From an uncultured bacterium (GTDB lineage: Bacteria > Krumholzibacteriota > Krumholzibacteriia > LZORAL124-64-63), in the NCBI GenBank assembly GCA_965371575.1, contig CBDUYZ010000001.1, positions 1 to 49,625 of the forward strand: DNA of 49,625 nt, written 5' to 3'. Position numbers and translations under genes: made by a program. A model generated the notes under the pieces. That model had not been told where the DNA came from, made no database searches, and worked only from the letters and a program-made list of their open reading frames with translations. Numbering within the stretch: the stretch's first letter is position 1; the number at the start of each line of letters is the position of its first letter. Below are positions 27,648 to 36,603 of this stretch, piece by piece.

Positions 27648-29533
27648 GTGCGCCCGGCAGGGCGCACACTCTTGGAGGTGCAAGTCCTCTACAGACCCGA
27701 CAGGGGGAACTGTTAGCTTAACGGCAAGGGCTGCCACCGCGAGGTGGGGTCTGAAGGAAGCCGCAGGCAAAGCACTGGCCCGACGAACAGGAATCGCATA
27801 CGAGGCGGTCGTGCTGGGTAAGGAGTCCAATCTCTCCAAAGCCCAATACCTGTACGGAAAGCACGGACGTATATGCGGCGGGCATAAGTGTGAAGGAGTG
27901 TGCGCATTACCCGGGGAGATCTGTCGATTTGCCTTGTGCTAGGTCCGTCGAGAGGCGGTCCGATGGATCGACAGAAGTCAGCCGAGGGCATATTAGGTCG
28001 TTCGATCCGACTGAAGGCCCGAACATGAACATGGAGCAGGAGACCTGACTCTCGATGGCTAACCAAGACACAGACCGTTCGGCTGGGATGCCGGGCACCA
28101 CTCCGGAAGGTAGCGGGCGGAACCCGCGAGAGCATGGGGCTGGGGTGTCGGTTGCTGCGATGAGTTGGGACCATTTCCGCTCGGAGACAACGCAACTTAT
28201 GGATGCGGTGATCGAACGCGAGAACATGATCGAGGCCTTGCGCCGAGTGGAACGGAACAAGGGAGCGGCCGGGGTCGACAAGATGCCGGTCAGCGAACTT
28301 CGCCCTTACCTGAAGGAGCATTGGTCTCGGATCAAGGAAGAGTTGCTGGTTGGCAGCCATCAGCCGTCGGCGGTACGGGAAGTCATGATCCCGAAGCCCG
28401 GCGGCAGAGGGGTGCGCAAGCTTGGCATCCCAACGGTGGTTGACCGTCTGATCCAGCAAGCTCTGCATCAAGTGTTGAGTCCGATCTTTGACCCCTTCTT
28501 CAGTGAACACAGCTACGGGTTCCGCCCCGGTCGCAGCGCACATCAGGCCGTGCTTCAGGCACGGCAGTATGTGTCCGCTGGACGACGGTGGACCGTGGAC
28601 ATGGATCTGGAGAAGTTCTTCGACAACGTGAACCACGACCTCTTGATGTCGCGGGTCGGTCGAAGAGTTGGAGATCGGCGGGTCCTTGCGATGATCCGTC
28701 GTTACTTGCAGGCTGGTACGATGGCCGGAGGCGCTGAGTCTCCACGACAGGAAGGCACGCCGCAAGGTGGCCCCCTGTCGCCGCTGCTGTCGAACATCCT
28801 GCTGGACGATCTGGACAAGGAACTGGAGAGACGTGGCCATGCGTTTTGTCGTTACGCCGATGACTGCAACATCTATGTGCGGTCCCGGCGGGCGGGCAAG
28901 CGGGTGCTATCGTCACTCACCAGCTACCTGAAGGAAGAGTTGAAGTTGAAGGTGAACCGAGCCAAGAGCGCGGTGGATCGACCGTGGCAGCGCAAGTTCC
29001 TCGGCTACTCGATGACCTCACATAAGCAGCCGCGACTGAAAGTCGCTCCGGCCAGTGTGCAACGTCTGAAAGACAAGCTGAGGGTCGAGTTCCGCCGGGG
29101 CCGTGGCCGCAATCTGGGCCGGTTTATCACCGAAGACCTGCAACCACTTCTGAAGGGTTGGATCAACTACTTCCGGTTGGTGGAGGTTAAGAGAATCTTC
29201 GAGGAACTGGATGGCTGGATCCGTAGAAAACTGCGGAACATCCTCTGGCGACAATGGAAGAGGAATTGGACCCGAGCCCGGAAACTGATGCAATTTGGGT
29301 TGGACGAGGCTCGCGCGAAGCGCTCATCCACCAACGGGCGGGGCCCGTGGTGGAACTCCGGGGCTTCGCATATGAACCAAGCCATCTCGAAGGACTTCCT
29401 TGATCGTCTTGGTCTTGTGAATCTGCTGAATGAGTTACGTAGACTTCAATATGTGTCATGAACCGCCGTGGTACGTGAACCGTTTGCCCGGTGGTGTGGG
29501 AGGGTGAGGTCGCAAGGCCACACCCTACCCGAT
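27648..29533 (+). mobile_element. group II intron (bacterial class C-like), about 1.9 kb
   Basis: The 5' end is GUGCG at 27648, with an RT/maturase ORF inside. After the ORF stop there is a domain V-like hairpin at 29463-29494. Its positions 2-4 are CGC with a G.U wobble at the middle G, and it has a 2-nt bulge on the 3' strand. A domain VI-like hairpin follows at 29498-29529 with a GCAA loop and an unpaired A at 29527. The proposed 3' end is ...GAU at 29533, uncertain by about 10 nt. Confidence 0.8.
28055..29461 (+). CDS. group II intron reverse transcriptase/maturase (no endonuclease domain evident)
   Basis: RT blocks: RVERNKGAAGVDK, IPKPGGRGVRKLGIPTVVDRLIQQA, SYGFRPGRSAHQA, DLEKFFDNVNHD, GTPQGGPLSPLLSNILLDDLD, and RYADDCNIYV (YADD). 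The maturase X region is FLGY...GWINYFR. The real start may be ATG 28160 (MSWDHF..., 433 aa). Confidence 0.92.
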   Translation: MANQDTDRSAGMPGTTPEGSGRNPREHGAGVSVAAMSWDHFRSETTQLMDAVIERENMIEALRRVERNKGAAGVDKMPVSELRPYLKEHWSRIKEELLVGSHQPSAVREVMIPKPGGRGVRKLGIPTVVDRLIQQALHQVLSPIFDPFFSEHSYGFRPGRSAHQAVLQARQYVSAGRRWTVDMDLEKFFDNVNHDLLMSRVGRRVGDRRVLAMIRRYLQAGTMAGGAESPRQEGTPQGGPLSPLLSNILLDDLDKELERRGHAFCRYADDCNIYVRSRRAGKRVLSSLTSYLKEELKLKVNRAKSAVDRPWQRKFLGYSMTSHKQPRLKVAPASVQRLKDKLRVEFRRGRGRNLGRFITEDLQPLLKGWINYFRLVEVKRIFEELDGWIRRKLRNILWRQWKRNWTRARKLMQFGLDEARAKRSSTNGRGPWWNSGASHMNQAISKDFLDRLGLVNLLNELRRLQYVS

Positions 29534-29848
29534 CCCCGACTGACCACGCAGAAAAAGCCCGCTTGCCAGCCTTTGTCCACTCTTGACAGACTTGAAGATT
29601 GTCCTGATATTCAATCAGGTTCTGTATTCAGCCTGCTAGCGGTCAATAAAAATCGACTTGGACCGAAAAGAGTGCTTGTCGGTCCGGAAGAGACTCTGTA
29701 TCTTCTAGCTGTTGTCGCTGAAGGCGTTCCCAGTTGACCATATGAGGGACCCGGCATGACGGATCGTCCTGTGGTCGGGTTTTGATTTTGCAGGAACGCC
29801 AGATGTCCCAGAGCAGGAAAACGGATTTTCCAGAAAGGGGAATCGAAA

Positions 29849-30487
29849 ATGAAAAAGTTGTTTTTTGCTGTTTCTGCGTTAGCCGCGCTTTCTCTGTTGG
29901 TCCCCAGCGCGGGTTTTGCCCAGCATGAGTTCTCCAACCAGGTTGGCCTCTACCTGACCCCCGACGGTTTCGGAGAGACCGGCACCATGACAGTGGGTGA
30001 CGAGGTGTTCGTGTTCCTGGTTCTGACCCGGCCGACCGACGTACTGAACGGCGAGTTGCCCTATGAAGACATCCTCGGTTTCGAGTTAAGGTTGTACTTC
30101 AGCGACCCCACGGTCCTGTTCAAGAGCACTACATTCTTTCCGACCGGCGCCATGGTTATCGGTGGCGACGAAACCTGGGACGACGGCTACCTGGAATATT
30201 ACGTGGTGATGGCCGACGATTTCCCCGTGACCGAGGAATCGGTCGTATTGATCAAATTCGGATTCGTAGCCTTTTCAGCAAATCCGGTCCTGGTCACCCT
30301 GGGGCCGACTATTACTAACCCCGCTGTTGAGGGTCAGATGACATTTATGGCGGTCAGCCCCGATCTGCGCGCCATGTACCCGTCCAGCGGTTCCTTTGAC
30401 GATCCCGTGTTCACCTTCAACGTCGAGGGCGGCGCCGTGCCAACCGAAAACGAGTCCTTCGGATCGGTCAAGGCCCTGTTTCGGTAG
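29849..30487 (+). CDS. secreted hypothetical protein, paralogue B, with SFGSVKALFR C-terminal tail (possible cohesin-like beta-sandwich)
   Basis: Signal peptide MKKLFFAVSALAALSLLVPSAGFA|Q. The blocks VGLYL, VFVFLVL, ILGFELRLYFSDPTVLF and VVLIKFGFVA resemble the cohesin-type pattern (i.gf.f.l.yd..vl). The tail is TENESFGSVKALFR*. Confidence 0.7.
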   Translation: MKKLFFAVSALAALSLLVPSAGFAQHEFSNQVGLYLTPDGFGETGTMTVGDEVFVFLVLTRPTDVLNGELPYEDILGFELRLYFSDPTVLFKSTTFFPTGAMVIGGDETWDDGYLEYYVVMADDFPVTEESVVLIKFGFVAFSANPVLVTLGPTITNPAVEGQMTFMAVSPDLRAMYPSSGSFDDPVFTFNVEGGAVPTENESFGSVKALFR

Positions 30488-30532
30488 AAAAACTGCTTGA
30501 AAAGATCCGGATTGATTCCGGTTCGGCGATTG

Positions 30533-30564
30533 GCTAAAGGGGCGGCTTGATCCGCCCCTTTAGC
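30533..30564 (+). terminator. intrinsic-terminator-like hairpin after paralogue B
   Basis: Perfect 13-bp stem GCTAAAGGGGCGG / CCGCCCCTTTAGC with loop CTTGAT. The following T-tract is weak (TTGCCTT). Confidence 0.6.
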
Positions 30565-30605
30565 TTGCCTTCGCGGTTCCACGCCCGATTTTCGGTGGCA
30601 AGCAA

Positions 30606-30634
30606 TTGACCCGGATCCCATTCGGTCCTATAAT
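30606..30634 (+). promoter_or_regulatory. near-consensus sigma70 promoter of the C25 peptidase gene
   Basis: TTGACC (30606-11), an exactly 17-nt spacer, then TATAAT (30629-34). This argues against the TTG 30606 and ATG 30633 ORF starts. Confidence 0.6.
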
Positions 30635-30704
30635 GAAAGTACGCCCAACCGCGCCGTACCTGCCCCTGATCGGCCAATCAGCAACTTCTGTCCGGGAGAC
30701 CAGA

Positions 30705-33700
30705 ATGGATGGTTTCGTGTATCGTCTGACCACGTTGGCTCGCACCACCTCCTTCCATAGCCTGAAGTGGTCAATTCGTCGGCTGATCTTCTTGGGGCTG
30801 TTCGCGCTGGGCCTTTCTCTGCCCGCTGCCGTTTCGGTCGCCGCGGATGCCCCGGGAAACGGCGCGGCGGGGATCTCCGTCGTTGCGAGCGGGCCGGACG
30901 CGCTGCGTTTTTCTGTCCTGGGGCTCGAGCCCGTCTGGACGCCACGTATCATCGGGGACCCGGCCGTTACGCTGTACGAGGTGAGCATGGGGGGCTTCGT
31001 GACTTCCGGCGCGCCGGGCCATCCCCTCCTGCCTCGGACCGGTGGCTGGGTCGTGGTGCCCCCGGGAACGCGGCCGGAACTGAAGATCATCGAAGAGCAG
31101 TGGAAGCCAGCGGGTGACCGTCCCTTGATGGTGGCAGGCGTGCCGGTCATCATCCAGGGTGCCGAATCCCGGGAAAACTTCGCGTCCGAGATCCTCGTGC
31201 TGCCCGGCGAGGATCCCCCCCCCGGAGCCGCCATCCCGGCAGGGGCTCTGGAAGCCCTGGCCCGCCGCGGGAGGGCCTCAGCCTCCGTGGCTGTGACCCT
31301 GGGCAAGGTGGCCTGGTGGCGCGGACGGCGCATCGTATCCTACCAGTTGGTTCCCCTTCACCACGACGCCGCCGGTAGGGCTGGGCAGGCACTGGCGGGT
31401 GGTATCTGGGAAATCCGTTTTGTGCCCGACGTCTCCGCCGGCCGGACCATCAAGCCGGCTCACGCCGGTAAATCCTCCACCCGCAACGACGACAGGTTCG
31501 GCGGCATCTTCCTGAACGGAGAGCTGCTGACTCAATTGCCCACGGAAGCGGCGTGGCAGGGAGTCGATATCTCCTCTTTGGAGGATGCGGACAAATCCGA
31601 CCTGGACAAGGTGAGAGGCGGACAGGCCGGGACCCTGCTGGGACCTGAAACGCGGCTTGCCGTCTGGAAGACCGGACTCGTCAGGGTGACCTATGATCGA
31701 CTGAATTCACGAGGGCTACTGCCCACCGGTGCGATCCGCGAGGATCAGATCCGGCTCTATCAACGCCGTTACATTGCGTCCCTCGACGACGGGTCGGGAC
31801 AGGCTCCATACATGGATGTCGAGGTCCCCATCCACATGGTCGGGGAAGGGGACGATTTCGACGGCGACGATTTCTTCATCTTCCACGGCCTGCGTCCGCG
31901 GGACGACGGGCCGTATGTCGCGGACCTCGGTAACGGGCCGGAAACCATTCCCGGCTGCGGCGACGCCTGGGAGATGAACAACGAGGCCAACCTCTACTGG
32001 CTGGCCGCCAGCGAGGCTGAACCGGGGCAGCCCTGGGCCCGCATGGCCACAACCACCCTGCCTGCGGCCACGGGCACCCCCCTGTCTGGCTATCGCCGCA
32101 GCGATCACATCGAGGAACAGCTGGCTTTCCGTGAGAATCTGCCCGAGGTCCAGGCCGATCGCGTCTACTACAACACTGAACGTGCGACGGATGTTCGGGC
32201 GGGTATCAATCCCCTGTGGGCGCCGGATCCGGTCGGATCCGCCGTGGACATCAAGCTCGGTATTGTGGGCAAGTACACCGGGGGTGTGCCTCTGCGCTTC
32301 GAACTGATTACTGACTCGAGCCTGACCACGCACTTGGAAGACTATATCCTGTCCAGTAATTACGAGGTGGTGCGAAGCTACGTCGTTCCCGCTTCGGCCA
32401 TCGCAGGAGATTTCGCCGAAATCCGCATGTACGACCACGTCTATTTTCGCGACCCGGTTGAAGGCTTCCTGAATTGGGTTGAAATCTCCTACGATGCCCT
32501 CTACATGGCGACCAGAGACAAGATCACCTTCCACTGCGGCGATAGTCCCGGGCTGCGGCCGGTGGAAGTGACCGGTTTCACTTCCGCGGACATCGGCTTG
32601 GTCGAAGTCACGGATCCGCGGCAACCGGTGCTGGTGGAACTCGGCGGGGCCAATATCACGACGTCCGATGACGTGACCTGGACCCTGTCGGTGATGCCGG
32701 ACCAGTCCGGGCCGATCCGCTCCTTCGCCGCCGTGGGAGACTTTACTTCCGACGGCGTGGACGAATTCCCCTCCCACCTGTCGTCCGCGGTTCCTGACCC
32801 GACCAACCCCACCGATCTGGCGGGGCCGGCCCCCGATCTGATCGTTATAACGCATCCGACTTTCCGGGCCGCGCTGGAACGGTGGCTGGAGCACCGCCGA
32901 AGCCGGGCCGGCGGGAACCTCAACGTCCACGTGGTGGATGTGGAGGACCTTTTCGACTGGTACAGCGGTGGGCTGAAGGATCCCTGGGCCCTCAAGCGCT
33001 TCGTGACCCACGCCATCATCCACTGGAACAGCTGGGTCCTGACGGTGGTGGGGGACGCGAACGAAAACGTCCTGGAAAAGGGGGTGCTGCCTGCGGCCCG
33101 CGCCTGGGGCAAGGACTGGGTACCGACCCATTACCACGTGCAAAAGGCGCTCGCCTACACGCCTGAACTGATGGCCTCGGACAAATGGTACGTCACCCTG
33201 GAATCGGGCATGAATTACCCGGAAGACGTGTTCCCCGACGACGTGACAGCCCCCTGGGACATGTACACCGGCCGGTTCCCCTGCAACTCGGTGGCCGAGC
33301 TGGACATAATGATCGACAAGGTCATGACGGTGGAAAATGTGCAGGCCGGACAGGATTGGCGCCGGAAGGGCATCTTCTTTGCCGATGACCGGTGGTCAAA
33401 CGGGTACGGGGCGGATTCCTACGACGTACTGGACTACAAGGATTACGAAAAAGTGTTCGCGGTGAGCGAACGGGATTCCCTGTCCCGGCTGTGGCGCAGC
33501 GGTTCACCGGTGGTTCTGGACAGCGTCCTGGTGCTGCTGGGAGACACCCTGGATCCGGAATACCCCCCGCCGCCCGCTTCCCGTGATTTGAGCGAAACCA
33601 GGACTTTCACGGGCGCCGCCGCCACTCCGATCCTGCTGGCCAAACTCAGCGAAGGAGGTCTGGTGGCCCATTACCAGGGTCACGCCAATCCCTACGTGCT

Positions 33701-35153
33701 GTCCTCGGAATACTGGCTGGAGGACCGGAACGACGCCGTGGGGCGCCAGGATGTCGCCAAGATCGGCAACACCGACAAACCATGGTTTTTCATGGGGTTG
33801 GGTTGTCATATCGCTGACTGGGCACAGAACACCGTGCTCACCAGTACCCGGTCGCATGAACGATCCATCTCCGAAAAATTTCTTTTAAGATCGCGGGCAG
33901 GCGCCTCGGCCACCTATGCCAGTTCGGGTTACGAATACATCACCGAGAACAGGGAGTTCGGGGAATACATCTTCCTGCGCTGGATGGTCAATCCTCCCGT
34001 CCAGCGCTCCGTCGGTGCCCCGGCAACGGTGCGCAGCCGCTGGGTCCTGGGCGAGTTGATGTGGGCGGCCGAGTCAGATATCTTAGCGGCGAACACAAGT
34101 CCGACCTTCGGTGCGGATAAGACAATCCGGGAAATGGTTTCCCAGTACGTCATTCTGGGCGATCCCCTGATGGGGCTGGATGCGGGCGAGGCGCAGGTCA
34201 CCGCCACTCTCGTCGGTTCCCCGGACCAGGAGATCACCGGCGAGGCCGAAATCTTCGCCACCGATGAGACCAACCTGCGGACCGTCACCCTGACGGCCAG
34301 GGACGAGGCGGGCATCGACCACATCAAGGTGATGGACTCCACCGGTCAGGATCTGACCACGGGCATCGTCACCGAGAGCCTGCCGCCCGGCGCGACCGAT
34401 CACCAAGTTGTTGACTACAGCCTGCAGGTGCCGGTGCGGCCTTTCGATCACGACCTGACGGTCATGGTCTGGGACACCGGGGGGCCCCTGGAATCCGATC
34501 GGCATTACGAACTCGTTCTGAAGATGCCCCAGACCGCAGTGTTTTCGACAAGCGGCAATGCCATCGATCCGGCGACTTTCATCTTCCCGGCCGACACGCC
34601 GCTCCGCTTCAACGGCCAGGTCACCAGCGCGGCCTGGCTGCTGGATTACGACCCGAACGCCGACTTCGCCCTGACCAGCGAGACCCTTATCCTGACGGAC
34701 ATCGAGTTCCTGCTGGCCAAGAACCAGCATCTGACGGTGGATTTCACGGCCACGTCAGCGACGGAGAACGCGGACGACGAGCATACCGTAGTGCTGACCA
34801 TCGACGGCTACCCGACTGATCTGGTGCTCCAGGCGGGCATCGGGGCAGCCATCAGTCAGACCATCGGCAAGGTATACAATTTCCCGAACCCCATGCGTGA
34901 GAGCACCCGATTCGTGTTCGAAAGCGGACTTAACAACGGGTCCGGTACCATCCGGGTCTTCTCGGTCGCCGGTCGCCCCGTGGCCCGCATCCATTTCCGG
35001 TTCACCGGCGGCGGGTCGGGGGTCGTGGACTGGGACGGGAGGGACAGCGCCGGGGATGAGATGGGCAACGGAACCTATCTGTACCGGGTGGAGATCGACA
35101 CCGACGAAGGGCTCGTCGTCAGCGACATGCAGCGGCTGGTGATGATGCGTTGA
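30705..35153 (+). CDS. very large secreted peptidase C25 (gingipain/PorU-like) family protein with FlgD-Ig / T9SS-type C-terminal domain
   Basis: The leader ends ...LIFLGLFALGLSLPAAVSVAADA. The C25-type core includes PDLIVITHPTFRAALERWLEHRRS.G..V.VV.VEDLFDWYSGGLKDPWALKRF, VLTVVGDAN, YTGRFPC, a His context HYQGHANPY and a Cys context FFMGLGCHIADW. The last ~90 aa match the FlgD-Ig / T9SS CTD pattern: VYNFPNPMRESTRFVF...IRVFSVAGRPVA...DWDGRDSAGDEMGNGTYLYRVEI. Confidence 0.7.
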   Translation: MDGFVYRLTTLARTTSFHSLKWSIRRLIFLGLFALGLSLPAAVSVAADAPGNGAAGISVVASGPDALRFSVLGLEPVWTPRIIGDPAVTLYEVSMGGFVTSGAPGHPLLPRTGGWVVVPPGTRPELKIIEEQWKPAGDRPLMVAGVPVIIQGAESRENFASEILVLPGEDPPPGAAIPAGALEALARRGRASASVAVTLGKVAWWRGRRIVSYQLVPLHHDAAGRAGQALAGGIWEIRFVPDVSAGRTIKPAHAGKSSTRNDDRFGGIFLNGELLTQLPTEAAWQGVDISSLEDADKSDLDKVRGGQAGTLLGPETRLAVWKTGLVRVTYDRLNSRGLLPTGAIREDQIRLYQRRYIASLDDGSGQAPYMDVEVPIHMVGEGDDFDGDDFFIFHGLRPRDDGPYVADLGNGPETIPGCGDAWEMNNEANLYWLAASEAEPGQPWARMATTTLPAATGTPLSGYRRSDHIEEQLAFRENLPEVQADRVYYNTERATDVRAGINPLWAPDPVGSAVDIKLGIVGKYTGGVPLRFELITDSSLTTHLEDYILSSNYEVVRSYVVPASAIAGDFAEIRMYDHVYFRDPVEGFLNWVEISYDALYMATRDKITFHCGDSPGLRPVEVTGFTSADIGLVEVTDPRQPVLVELGGANITTSDDVTWTLSVMPDQSGPIRSFAAVGDFTSDGVDEFPSHLSSAVPDPTNPTDLAGPAPDLIVITHPTFRAALERWLEHRRSRAGGNLNVHVVDVEDLFDWYSGGLKDPWALKRFVTHAIIHWNSWVLTVVGDANENVLEKGVLPAARAWGKDWVPTHYHVQKALAYTPELMASDKWYVTLESGMNYPEDVFPDDVTAPWDMYTGRFPCNSVAELDIMIDKVMTVENVQAGQDWRRKGIFFADDRWSNGYGADSYDVLDYKDYEKVFAVSERDSLSRLWRSGSPVVLDSVLVLLGDTLDPEYPPPPASRDLSETRTFTGAAATPILLAKLSEGGLVAHYQGHANPYVLSSEYWLEDRNDAVGRQDVAKIGNTDKPWFFMGLGCHIADWAQNTVLTSTRSHERSISEKFLLRSRAGASATYASSGYEYITENREFGEYIFLRWMVNPPVQRSVGAPATVRSRWVLGELMWAAESDILAANTSPTFGADKTIREMVSQYVILGDPLMGLDAGEAQVTATLVGSPDQEITGEAEIFATDETNLRTVTLTARDEAGIDHIKVMDSTGQDLTTGIVTESLPPGATDHQVVDYSLQVPVRPFDHDLTVMVWDTGGPLESDRHYELVLKMPQTAVFSTSGNAIDPATFIFPADTPLRFNGQVTSAAWLLDYDPNADFALTSETLILTDIEFLLAKNQHLTVDFTATSATENADDEHTVVLTIDGYPTDLVLQAGIGAAISQTIGKVYNFPNPMRESTRFVFESGLNNGSGTIRVFSVAGRPVARIHFRFTGGGSGVVDWDGRDSAGDEMGNGTYLYRVEIDTDEGLVVSDMQRLVMMR

Positions 35154-35202
35154 CTTTGCCCCATGATGGTGGCAGGTTGGCCTTCAGCCTGGAAGGGGTG
35201 GT

Positions 35203-36603
35203 ATGAGACGGATCTCGACCCGGAACGAAGTCTGTACTTGGGGCGGTCTTGCCCTGATGAGTTTGTCCCTGATGAGCCTTCCCTTGCTGAGCTTTTCCCT
35301 GGGTGGGTGTGCAGGCTCCAAGCGCACTCTGCCCCTGGAGACCGGACCTTTGCCGGACCTTGAACCGGCTGCGGGGACACCGACCCTGCTGGGGGTCGGT
35401 CTGCTCGAGAAATCTAACTCCCTGGAAATTTCGGCGAACGGCCCCGCTCTGCTCCTGGACGGCGCCAGCGGACGTCGTCTGACCCGTCTGGACGGGCCGG
35501 GCCAGGTGATCTGCTCGCGGTCCGGTCGTCAGGTCGCCTGGCGGGCCAATGGCGTGCAGGGCAAGTCCGAAACGGTGATTCTCCAGCCCCTGGATCCCGG
35601 GCACCGGGTGATCCACGGTGAGTCTGAATACCGGGGCGAATTCCTGGTGCGGCCCACCCCCGGCGGTCCGGGACTCACCCTGGTCAACAATCTGGACCTG
35701 GAGTCGTATCTGCAGGGCGTGGTCCCCTGGGAAATCGGCCGTCATGAACGCAACCGGCTGGCTGCCCTGGAGGCCCAGGCAGTGGCTGCCCGCACCTACA
35801 CCCTTTCCCATCTCGGCATCCGTAAGAGCCGCGGTTTCGATGTGTACGCAAGCGTCCAGGACCAGGTATACAAGGGAGCCGCCGACGAGGATCCTCTCTG
35901 CAATTTCGCGGTGGAAAATACCGCCGGTCTGGTTTTGCGTTACGGTGGCCAGGAAATCGAAGCCTACTACAGCGCCTGTTGCGGAGGCGTGTCCAGCAAC
36001 ATCGAGGAAGTCTGGGCGCAGGATCCCAAACCCTACCTGGTCAGCAAACCTGACACCCCCCGTGGGGGCGGGGACGCCTACTGTTCCACCTCCCGTCATT
36101 TCCACTGGCGGGAAGTCTGGACCGTGGGCCGGCTGGAGGAGATCATGCGGCGAACCCTGCCTGAATTCGTGGAGTACATGGCCCAGCCGGGCCGGGCCGA
36201 CTGGGCAGGTCCGTTGTTTTCGCCCAGGGACGGTTCTGCCTCCGCCGACAGACCCGGTCGGTTGAGGAATCTGGAAATACTGGCCAGGACGACCAGCGGG
36301 CGGGTGGCCCATCTCGCCGTCACCACCGATGCGGGGGTCTACCACGTGCGGGGGGATCGGGTACGCTGGGTTCTGAAGCCCGCCGACGGAAACCCTTTCA
36401 TCCTGCGCAGCGCTCTGTTCGAGGTGGAACTGGTCAGGGACGGGGAGCATCTGGTGGAAGTGGTGGCCCGGGGCCGGGGGTATGGTCACGGAATCGGGTT
36501 GTGCCAGACTGGAGCCCTGGCCATGGCGGAACAGGGGAAAAGCGCGCGGGAAATCCTGGCCCATTATTACCCAGGGGCCATCCTGGCCGAGGTGGGTCGA
36601 TGA
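35203..36603 (+). CDS. SpoIID/LytB-domain lipoprotein (lytic transglycosylase-type cell-wall remodelling)
   Basis: Lipobox SFSLGG|C. Motifs LESYLQGVVPWEIG, LEAQAVAARTY, FDVYASVQDQVYKG, AYYSACCGG and GHGIGLCQTGALAMAEQG are present. Confidence 0.85.
   Translation: MRRISTRNEVCTWGGLALMSLSLMSLPLLSFSLGGCAGSKRTLPLETGPLPDLEPAAGTPTLLGVGLLEKSNSLEISANGPALLLDGASGRRLTRLDGPGQVICSRSGRQVAWRANGVQGKSETVILQPLDPGHRVIHGESEYRGEFLVRPTPGGPGLTLVNNLDLESYLQGVVPWEIGRHERNRLAALEAQAVAARTYTLSHLGIRKSRGFDVYASVQDQVYKGAADEDPLCNFAVENTAGLVLRYGGQEIEAYYSACCGGVSSNIEEVWAQDPKPYLVSKPDTPRGGGDAYCSTSRHFHWREVWTVGRLEEIMRRTLPEFVEYMAQPGRADWAGPLFSPRDGSASADRPGRLRNLEILARTTSGRVAHLAVTTDAGVYHVRGDRVRWVLKPADGNPFILRSALFEVELVRDGEHLVEVVARGRGYGHGIGLCQTGALAMAEQGKSAREILAHYYPGAILAEVGR

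Noticed and set aside
27713-28840. 375-aa minus-strand ORF across the 5' half of the group II intron.
   Set aside because: It is antisense to the intron RNA domains and to the RT ORF, which has YADD and all RT blocks. It has no recognisable motifs.
30606-30704. TTG 30606 / ATG 30633 as starts of the C25 peptidase gene.
   Set aside because: These codons lie inside the -35 (TTGACC) and -10 (TATAAT) hexamers of a consensus promoter. The first ATG downstream of the predicted transcription start is 30705.
25744-35153. Classic integrative genomic island at tRNA-Val.
   Set aside because: There is no integrase or recombinase gene, and I could not find a direct repeat of the tRNA 3' end (att-like) downstream. 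Only composition and gene content suggest accessory status.
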